This document shows positions 1-9,735 of a stretch of 64,000 bases of DNA, one piece after another (positions within the stretch are counted from its first letter, which is position 1; each line of letters starts with the position of its first letter). Below the pieces are notes generated by a model. That model did not search any database. It worked only from the letters and a program-made list of their open reading frames with translations, and was not told the DNA's origin. Source of the stretch: Tubiluchus corallicola. Lineage: Eukaryota; Animalia; Priapulida. Where the stretch lies: NCBI GenBank assembly GCA_030141605.1, contig JAQGDQ010000153.1, positions 186,001-250,000 on the forward strand, written 5' to 3'. The position numbers and the translations under genes are program-made.

Positions 1-971
1 GCTGCAAATCTGGGAGTAGAACCCTCCATATGATTATTGTTGCCGTTCGTTGGAGATGCACGATGTGGAATAAAATGCGGAGCCATTGCACTCAAGTTTC
101 TCATCTGTCTACTGGGAGGCATATTTTCAGAGCGATTTTCATGTTTGAATTTTCGAAAGTCATGCATGAGTGGTTGTACACGTGTCTGATATATTTGTCT
201 CCAAACATCTACATAACGAGAAAAATGCGATGCTTCATGGCGACGCAGCACTTCCATATTCATCCAAGGCTTCTGCTGACCAATAAAGTGTACTACCTTG
301 ACATCTCTTTCAAACCGGCGCATTGCAGCAATGTAACCATACCTTGCATCATCATCAACATTGACCATATTGTAAGTATATGGAAGATGTTTGTCGAAAT
401 CGCCTGCCCATTTACGGAAAAACATATTCAGCAGTCCCTGATCACCTCCATCAAAGCTACCATTTTGACAAGCAAATGCTAGTAACTGTTCATATGGTGT
501 CACATCCGGCTTAAACACGAAAACACCAGAATTGAATAAGTCTGGCCAGTCAACGTCAGGAGCTGCGGATAATTCCTGCCTCTGAAATAAATCATCTATG
601 TTTGCCATAACCAAAGTGTCAGCATCAAGGAAAACACATTTACTAAACTGTGTAAGTTTCCAGCAATGCAGTTTCGTGAAACTCACACCCAGCTCAGGTC
701 GTCCCTATGCACTTAGATTTTCATGATCCAAACTGTCAATGATGTCAAAGGTCTCCACCTGATCAAAAGTCTTTTGAAGAAGACCCTTCACCTGGTCAGA
801 CACATCAGCAGATATCAGGATTACTAACTGTCGTTGTGTGCCAGTCTGCTTCAATGAATTGGCAAGTACCATAGCAGCTGTTGCATACTGATCGTTGGTT
901 GCTAGCATAACATAAGCCTCGTCTACTGATATTCTATCACACAATGAAGACTTCTTAAACCATTCTGTCAC
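1..971 (-). pseudogene. GYG1: Intronless glycogenin (GT8) reading frame with one in-frame TAG at 705-707; pseudogene or recoded gene, 3' end outside the window
   Basis: Manual minus-strand translation gives DEAYVMLATNDQYATAAMVLANSLK...[39 protein letters not shown]...ELSAAPDVDWPDLFNSGVFVFKP...GSFDGGDQGLLN...KHLPYTYN...YGYIAAM...KVVHFIGQQKPW. This follows the glycogenin motifs (RPELG, DAD, GGDQG, acceptor-Tyr region, HFxGxxKPW). After the TAG the frame stays open for 234 codons to the window edge. No introns are present. Confidence 0.85.
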
Positions 972-1492
972 TTTAGTTTTACATGCAACTTTGTCAAATT
1001 TAACTTTAAAAAACTTTTCTGGCTTGCAGTCAGTTTATCAATATCACTTCCCAAATTACTCTCATTTTCAAGCCGCTTTTGCTTCACTTTTAGTGCTTGC
1101 AGTTTTAATTCACACTCCTGAATTTTTAATTCATTGTCCTTGAGTTTGCGAGAATTCTCAGAAAGCTTCCCACCAGTTTTAAAACTCGAGTAACCACTTT
1201 TGGAAATTCTCGACCGAGTGTTTGTGGTGTGTTGCTCCCCCATGCTACCTGTAGCATGTAGCTGCTGCATGTGGCTGACTGTAGCTTCGGCCTTGAAACT
1301 ACCTGTGGGGGGTGGGCTGTCCACTGCTGGCACATGATGAGCAATAATTCTCTCCACTAGTTCAGCTTTAATTCCACCAACTGCTAAGCCTTTCTGACGA
1401 AGTATTTCTTTTAATTGTTCTCTGGTTTTTGTTTTCAGTTCTTCTTCTGTGTATTGCTTTTCAGCCAGTTCATAAAATTTAGGCTCTACCAT
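968..1492 (-). CDS. SAP-domain / Ser-rich / coiled-coil ORF overlapping the glycogenin frame in the -1 phase
   Basis: ATG at 1492 in ATAATGG context just after a TTTTTCACAG acceptor (AG at 1504-1503). LKTKTREQLKEILRQKGLAVGGIKAELVERIIAH fits the SAP pattern. It is followed by an S/K-rich stretch and the heptad-like KIQECELKLQALKVKQKRLENE. Confidence 0.65.
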   Translation of the reverse strand: MVEPKFYELAEKQYTEEELKTKTREQLKEILRQKGLAVGGIKAELVERIIAHHVPAVDSPPPTGSFKAEATVSHMQQLHATGSMGEQHTTNTRSRISKSGYSSFKTGGKLSENSRKLKDNELKIQECELKLQALKVKQKRLENESNLGSDIDKLTASQKSFLKLNLTKLHVKLK

Positions 1493-2817
1493 TATAAACA
1501 AGCTGTGAAAAATTTATACTAGACAAATAAACCAGTTACTGCTGAATCTAGGTCACAGAACTCAAACCAGGTATTGCAGATTTTCAATGCCACTGTCTGA
1601 TCAACACCAGGCTTGTAGGCTGTACAGCTTGTCCTGTATAACAAATGCAGTCATCATTGCTGTCCATGTCTGACTTTGTACTCAGCAAACCTTCTCCTGT
1701 CCTGTAGTTTTCCCAACAAGAATGGTAGAAGGATATAAAACTGTGAGAGACTACTACTTCATGATGCCCAAAGTCAAAAATTCATGTTTGAGTAGCTTTA
1801 TTACGTTTTATCTGTAAAAAAATATAACAAAATATAACAAACTAATTTGAGCCAAAAAGAAAACAAAGAAATTAATAATAAAGTGAGACTGAATAATCAA
1901 AATAAACTTACATCATGGCTCTACTACTCTTGACAAATAAATGGTTTAACTGAGACAAAACAACAACAACAACTCTCTTAGCCAAGAACAGACTGCCAAC
2001 TAACCAGGTAAACTAGCTCTGTCAATAGAGCATGACAGAAAGAAGCCAAGTCAAGACTTACATATGAATGCAGTTAAAGGACAGTATAGGGGGTTTACAG
2101 AATAAGAGAACACTGAACTAATAAAATAACCCAAAATCCTTCACAGTGAACATATTTATTTAATATTTGGTTCAATTGCTTCTATGTTGCAAATTAAATT
2201 ATAGGTTTGATAGTTCATAATATATGTAACAGGTGGAGCCTGTACATAACTGATAAATATTTTGCAGGCTGTCACAGTGTGCCTACTGATGCAAATACAT
2301 AGTTTCTTAAGATGTCATAAGTACAAGATGCAAACTTGTTTCCAAAATACAAACTGTTTTTTTAATACATATGCATATGCTACATGATTGTTTTATTTAA
2401 CATATCATTAAGTGCATTGCTTGCAGCATGAGTAATTGGGCTGCATTTTTCATACCAACACAGTTAAATGCACTCATTAAATTTCTTTGTGGCAAAATGT
2501 TATACATGCATTACCTCTACAGTCTGAGTTAACAGGCTTCCCAACATTTTGTTTTTAAAGAAAAAAGGTTAGGTCTAGTGGGTCTAATTAAGTGAAGTAA
2601 ATAACGTAATTTTGAAAAAATTATATTCTGCTTGTGGTTCTTTGTGAAGTTACATGCAACAAGCACCAATCTAGTTATAAAGTAAACAAAGATATAACAT
2701 AGTTAAAACTACCAATTGAAATGGTGTAGCACCATTTTTGATTTCTATATATATTTGGTTGCAGTTTCGCTGTAGCATAAGTGACATTGACATGTCGTAC
2801 GCGCATAAAGAGACTAC

Positions 2818-5800
2818 ATGTTAGGCGAGTCATAAACACTGAAACGTAAAAATGGTGCTTTACCTATAAACCACTAAGTGTAGTTGTGGTCGCAATGAAT
2901 TGTAACTAAGCTCTAATTTTGCAGCAGCATCAGAAAATGGTGCGACTAGTCCGGATCCAACGAGTAGCTCAGATGATCAGCTAACTATTGCTGAACCAGC
3001 ATTGCCAAGCGTGTTGGGACCGCAAAAGAAGCGGGACCGCAAGGCAACCAAGTATGCCCTATGCAAGGTAATGGGTGTGATGTTGATATATTGACTTTTT
3101 TTGTTTTTAACATGAAGTGTAAAGCCTGAAATTCTACAACCTCTAAATTGAACTTAGGAAATTAGGTGATCTAATGTGTTAGTATTGTTACTCACTCACC
3201 ATTCATACTCTAAACAAACCCGATTTGCTTGCCATGCAGTGGAATCTGGAACTTGTTTGTAATTTTACTACAACAAATCCTCGCTTAACATTAGTAAATA
3301 ATGAATTTTGGCCAAAACACCTGGTGCTAATCAAATTATTGTAAACAAAGCTATTTTCTTTATTCAGTAATGTGACTGAATGAATTCTAATGGTATATCA
3401 CTTCAATAAGTTTTGCTTGAATAGCTGAAACACTTTATGAGTTTTAATTCTGGAACTATTTTTCCAGTGACAATGTAATATTGATTTAATTTCAAGTACA
3501 GGCTTTTACAAGTTTTTTCTTGTTTTACACTTGTTTTGTCCTTATGACCGCAAGGCAACCAAGTATGCCCTATGCAAGGTAATGGGTGTGATGTTGATAT
3601 ATTGACTTTTTTTAACATGAAGTGTAAAGCCTGAAATTCTACAACCTCTAAATTGAACTTAGGAAATTAGGTGATCTAATGTGTTAGTATTGTTACTCGC
3701 TTACCATTCATACTCTAAACAAACCCGATTTGGTTGCCATGCAGTGGAATCTGGAACTTGTTTGTCATTTTACTACAACAAATCCTCGCTTAACTTTAGT
3801 AAATAATGAATTTCAGGCAAAACACCTGGTGCTAATCAAATTATTGTAAACAAAGCTATTTTCTTTATTCAGTAATGTGACTGAATGAATTCTAATGGTA
3901 TATCTCTTCAATAAGTTTTGCTTGAATAGCTGAAACACTTTATGAGTTTTAATTCTGGAACTATTTTTCCAGTGACAATGTAATATTGATTTAATTTCAA
4001 GTACAGTCTAACCTCGTTATCTCGCCCCCGTCCGTCTAAGGCAAATTTTTGGCGAGAGGCGAGTATGGCGAGATAACGGGAACATAACGAAGTTAGTCTA
4101 TATGTATATACACACTGTACATAATAGTTGATTAACATAGTGTTCCTCTATGTACATATAAAATATATTTCGCATTAAGGTACCAATCAACATTAAATCA
4201 GAAATGAAAAAATGTCATAAAAATAATCTTAGAATGTTACTTTTTTATTTAAAAAACCTTTTTCGAGTATACACTTAAATGCAATAAACTTAGCAAAAGA
4301 TTTAGAAATGTTCACAAATGACTTACTGACGACTGAAATAATTCAGAAGAGACGACTGTTTCATTGATGATACACGCAAGCAGTCAACACGACGTTTAAT
4401 CAAACACAATCCTTGAATATCGTCGCTTGTGACTCTGTCAGACTGTTCAAAGTATCGCATCTGTGTGTCGACAGCTGCTGCTGCCTGGTCAAATTTCGCA
4501 CTAAATACAGTAGCACTCCCCTAATCTAATCCTGGTGAGACACACACTACATTAATTCTATGTCTACACTCTGTTTATCGAGTACAGCAGCATTGTCTAC
4601 ATACCGCGGTTATATTGATCGACACACGGTATATGTATTGATCGATTCACCTCTGAGTTTGTCTGTTTGGCGACATAACGAATATAGTTTACATAAGCAC
4701 TCATCCTAGCATGATGTGGCGAGGGCGAGAAGCGAGGGTGGCGACTTAACGAGGTAAATATCAAAGCAGGAAATCCGTCCTGGTACTTTCTATGGCGAGA
4801 GACAAGTTTGGCAGCATAACGAGGGGCGAGATAACGAGGTTAGAGTGTACAGGCTTTTATAAGTGTTTTCTTGTTTTGTCCTTATGACAGTTGTAAATGC
4901 TAAACACAACTGAAAGACTATTGGTAGGTGAATACACTTCAAATGTAGATGCTAATTGATCCTCCCTGTACAAACATTTAGGGAGAATTCTGTTTCAAAA
5001 ATGACAATATTCGTGTTATCTTTGTGTCATAACCATAGAAATTCGCAGTATCTCAGACAGACATTAATACATTAACACACAAGATGTACTTTTCTAGCAG
5101 CTTTTTTAATTGGTACCCATCCACTAAACATTTTTGGCTTAGATCAGTTAAAAAAGTCGTCGATAAAATGAAATACATGTCGTTAAATGAGAAATTAGAT
5201 GGAAATAAATGTTTTGCATCTGTAAAACAAATTGGTAATCCATAACAATGTTATTGCAGCTACAGCCTTAATTAATCAAGAATCTACCTTGCATATATTG
5301 ATGTCTAAGTTTTGCATTTTTTAGTTTTTAGAATTGTAAATGTATGGATTATGCTGAGGATTAAGCACTGTATATTTTATTTGTGATTGTTTAGGAAGAG
5401 CAAGAAAAACAAGTTGAAGCAGAGGAAGGAAAAATACCTGCTAAGTTAAAGCTAAAATTGAAGAGAGGGCGGAAGCCCAAATGTAATGGTTCGTCATCAA
5501 AAGATGTGTCAGGTAAGTTTGTTCATGATTGTTTTTTGGAGCTTAATCTTTTTGCTATCTTGATTCCTTGATAAAACAAGTTTGTTTGTGAAGTGTTAGC
5601 AGATATCTCAAGTTTTCTGGTTTTACTCTGAGTATTTTGGTTATTACCATTTTCTCACAATCTCCTGATACACCTTTAATTTCTCACAGGAAAACAAAAG
5701 TAGCAGTACTTTTCTTTGTGTAAAACCCAGACTCAAAACAAAATATAAGTGCTAATTCATATGATAGAATGAAAAAAAATTTAAGCTGTAGTTACTTTTG

Positions 5801-6363
5801 ATTTCCTCAGCGCACTAGTGTAGAAACATGTGCAAGGAATGGCTGCAGATCAGAACAGCATGATCTAGCAAGTCTTCTGCGAATAACATGCGCTGAGCTG
5901 CAGCAGCAACAACCGAGTTCTAAAATATACATTTAGTATTTTGTGAACTCTTAGCTGGTTAACTTTAAATGTGAAGACAACATTTTGACTACAATAGTGT
6001 GCATTTAGTTTATTCGTATTTAGGAAATATGTATCTTCCATTAAACGCATTTTTCATCAACATTTACACTTACTTTTCAGTGTAATTAGAATACAACACC
6101 TCAACACTCATGAGTTTAATGCGTAGCTTTTATTATTGTTATTTATTATTAACATTTACAGTGCCTTCTATTGCGTATCAACACTTCAGAAAACTGTGAA
6201 AGAGCAAATCCAATTCACCTCTGAAATGTAACTGTTAGTGTGTTAGTAGTAAAACTCTGCTCTGTTTTGCAAATTTCTAGGTGAGGCTCAACCATCTCCA
6301 CAGCAAGAACCAGCGCCTCTGCCAGCCACGATTAAAAATCCCGATGTGCCTGCAACAACGTAG
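2818..6363 (+). CDS. Small (~116 aa) low-complexity protein with AT-hook-like motif (HMGA-like), 4 exons
   Basis: Phase-consistent exons 2925-3067 (ASENGATSPDP...QKKRDRKATKYALCK), 5395-5512 (EEQEKQVEAEEGKIPAKLKLKLKRGRKPKCNGSSSKDVS) and 6281-6363 (GEAQPSPQQEPAPLP...TT*) with canonical AG/GT ends. The first coding exon is uncertain: either ATG 2818 with an AG|GCGAGT GC donor, or ATG 2792 with a GT donor. Confidence 0.55.
3035..4888. repeat. ~511-bp tandem duplication (copy 1 3035-3545; copy 2 3546-4888, interrupted by a MITE)
   Basis: Near-identical sequence starting GACCGCAAGGCAACCAAGTATGCCC at 3035 and 3546. Copy 2 resumes after the insertion (TACAGGCTTTTA...GTCCTTATGAC). Confidence 0.95.
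4004..4847 (-). mobile_element. Tigger/pogo-like non-autonomous DNA transposon
   Basis: 25-bp TIR CAGTCTAACCTCGTTATCTCGCCCC with 1 mismatch; TA TSD at 4002-4003 and 4848-4849; empty site TTCAAGTACAGGC in duplicate copy 1. An internal minus-strand remnant ends KQSSLLNYFSRQ* (4323-4500), a PIP-box-like C-terminus as in pogo-family transposases. Confidence 0.92.
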
Positions 6364-7999
6364 CAATAAGAAAATGCGTTGAAGCATTTGAATCCAATTA
6401 TCTGTTTTCAAGCCAGAATTGCTGCAATTTTTACTATAGCCAATTTAAATGTACATGAATTTTTTTTCAAGTATAGTGGTAAAGTGTAACATCTGTTTTA
6501 TCAAATGTATGATTTGTAAAAATTATAGATTTTGTGCAGTACAGTTTTAAATGTTGGGCACCACTTTGCAAGCTCATAAAATCTGGTGGTGTTTATATTT
6601 AGAAGGTAATATACAGTCCACAAAATTGCATTGTATCAAATGCAGTAAACAACTTGAGTATGTACCAAATGCATTTGACCAAGCTTTTATGATTCTTTCA
6701 TTCATTTGTTTACAGTTATTATCAAGGAAAGTTGTTCACAGTACTTTGATTGGTTTTATTATCTCACTGAATGAGTGTTTTATAACGAAAATCATTAAGC
6801 TGATGCATTTTATACATGGCAACATTAATCCCAAATGAAAATTTTAAAGGAGTATTATATTACACATACTGAAACATAAAATTATTGTACTTCCCACAGT
6901 TAGCTCTGTTATTGTCATGACTTAAACTTTTAACTGATCACAAACAATAAATCCTAAACAAACTGTGTTAATGTTAATACAGATAGATAGTAGGGTCATA
7001 TATCAATTTTTTCCACTTTGACTATTACAGCAAATAAATTTCAAGTTGCAGAACGCAGGATATGCTAACGCCTATATTTTTATACAATCTTGAAATGCCT
7101 AGTTCATTAATATGATTACAATAATTAATTTCGTTAGTACTTTATCAACATTTACTACATTAGCATAATGAATGTTGTACATCATTTGGGATACTAATTA
7201 TGTATATAACACAGAAGATATGTAGCAGTCGAACACAACACAGTAATTTTCGAATTTTAACTGCAGTTGTAATATGTTGTCCACATTCACCTCATTTTAC
7301 TGGTAGTACGTGTACTTCTGAAATGTGATGGCAATAGTAATTGTACATATATATAACATATGTTATATTGTAACAGGTTTAGTATAACACTAACTTTCAT
7401 TGTGATTGCTTGATGTATTTTTACAGTGCTATATTTAGTCTATTACATCTTTAGCATGTTCATTGCAATTGAATTGTTTCTTTGACTTTACCTGACGTGT
7501 TTTAGACAGTTTTACCAGTTCGTTTTGATTTTAAGCAGTTTTGTAAAAGTCTTTGTATATATTTTATGTGTTCAAAAGTAGAAAATTGTCTTCATTTTAC
7601 TGCAGTTGTCTCTTATTAAACAAGTTATATTCTCATTTGTATATTTTTTCTTTCTTCTTTAGATATTTCTGAACTATCCACATCTTAATTACAAATTTAG
7701 AGTAAACATTGTCTTGGCAAGCAAAGGCAACAACTGTAACAATTTTCTAATTTTGTAGTAGTAATTACTGCAAAATAATTTGCCTTAGCTGTAATTTTAT
7801 TGGTGCTTGTTTTGTACACAATTTTTTAAATGTAAACACTCATACTAAAGTACACTTCAGCTGCTACGGTTTTCCTTATGTTTATGATACAAATTACTTT
7901 ATGCTCAGCTAAGCTGCAGGTTGCTAAAGCCTGTTGTTGCAAGTCATGCATGCTGTTGTACAGTATCACTAGTTATTAACAATAATTACAGGCATTTGA

Positions 8000-9389
8000 C
8001 CTTCTAGTGCCTGAATAGAGAAAAATTTGATAAACGTTCTTTACATTCATACCATTTGTTACTTTTTATACATATAATGTAACAATAAAGTTTCATGAAA
8101 ATTGATGAAACCCTTTCCAAAATGGCACAATGTTCCCATATGGGAGCATTAGGCATTGCCACACAAAAATAATACAAGCTGTATTTTTAATTGTGTCACT
8201 TCTGTAATTCAATAGATTCAATGCAGCTTGTGTGACACTAATAGATAATGTTATTTAGGGCTTTCCAGTTGCTGAAAATTTCACTGCACCAAAATTGTGT
8301 AGACATATGCTGTACAAATTAAAAATTTGTCAGCTAATATAGCTTATAATTTTTTTCTGAAACAAGCACTTGCTGTTAATAACAATGTTAGGACAATGAT
8401 CAATTGTTTCAACTATAAACAATCGGTAACTAGACAATGGAAAGCAGTGAAAAATTTAGTTGTATTTATACTACTACCAGGGCCATTATATGCCACAGTC
8501 TGGAAAGTGCAAGGCTTTTATTTTATGATTTTACAATGAATTTTCAAAGTTTTTACGGAACGCATGGCGACCCCAAGAATAGTACAAAGGCTGCCTGAAG
8601 CTTTAGAAGGCGATAATGTTGACGAAATTATACTACTTCCACCAGATGCTGGTGATGCTGCAGTGGATAGTGATGTTGAAGAAGATACAGATCTTTCACA
8701 ACCAGCAGGGATGTTAGAAGTGTACGAAAGCCTAAGCGATGAAGAGGATGTGGATGCAGATAAAGATGTAGAAGAAGGAACAAATAGGTGAAGGCAGGCA
8801 TACAAGCGTGCATTTTCTCATTCCATTGGAGATGTGCCAGTTGGAAATGCGATTGAAAAATATCCACTTTAAGCTGATATGTCACCTTCACAATTGTGGA
8901 ATATTTTCTGGGATGATGACATGATGAAAAGCAATATTGAGCAGACCATCCTCTATGCAAGAAGATATAAGAATGATCACAACTTTGGATTAGACCGAGC
9001 AAACTTGCAGCGATTTCTAGGTATCATATTATTCTCTGGTTGCCACACTGTGCCATCTGAGAGAACCTACTGGAGTAACCATGTGGACACAGAAGTACCA
9101 TACAACCAGATATGTTACCTGTGTGCACAAAAATACTTTTGTCTGAAGAGTATGTTGTTGTAGAGTTATGAAAATAAGTTTCAAAACTGTTAAAAATGAT
9201 AAAAATAGACACAAAAATAAGACTAACAAGGTATCGTTGAAAATTACAAAATGCTATCCTGAGCATACATCTAGAAACAGTGTTCTTGCTTAATAACTCA
9301 AGCTAGCCTAATAACTTCTTCAATTTCGAAATTTTTTTACAGTACCTGGAACTTGATGTTCCCATATGGGAACACTAGGCACTAAAAGG
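8000..9389 (+). mobile_element. Internally deleted piggyBac transposon, PGBD3/MER85-like
   Basis: 13-bp TIR CCTTCTAGTGCCT / AGGCACTAAAAGG; TTAA at 9390-9393 and TTGA at 7996-7999. Palindrome TGTTCCCATATGGGAACA at 9357-9374 with an imperfect copy at 8131-8148. Broken transposase pieces: 8564-8791 (acidic IILLPPD N-terminus) and 8879-9163 (SPSQLWNIFWDDDMM...FLGIILFSG...RTYWS). Confidence 0.88.
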
Positions 9390-9735
9390 TTAAGGTCACC
9401 TTTTGGCCATAAAGCAATTGCGGATGTAAACCATTTCATTTTTTATTTTAGTAAAACAGTGCATGGCTTCCACATTGTCAGATTTTGCTTGAAAATGAAA
9501 CACTGCCAAATAGGTAAAATAAATTATTTCACAATATTTTCATCTTACTTCACAATGTCAAATTAGTTCGTTACAACGTAAAAATGAAAACCACAATTTT
9601 GCAGAATAATGTTGAATTAGATTGCTAATATGTAAAAATGAAAGCCACAGTTTTGCAGAATAATGTGCACCTTACAATCTATAAAGTATGACACTTTATG
9701 ATCTCTAAAAGCATGACCTATAACAGGCTACGAAG

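Noticed and set aside
30-482. 150-aa plus-strand ORF
   Set aside because: Antisense shadow of the glycogenin frame; no recognisable motifs.
705-707. Alternative genetic code (TAG reassigned)
   Set aside because: TAG terminates TMED at its conserved KKLV end and also the GPCR ORFs, so it is a normal stop here.
3403-4138. Two ORFs with identical C-termini (LYLKLNQYYIVTGK...)
   Set aside because: A by-product of the intronic tandem duplication; not coding.
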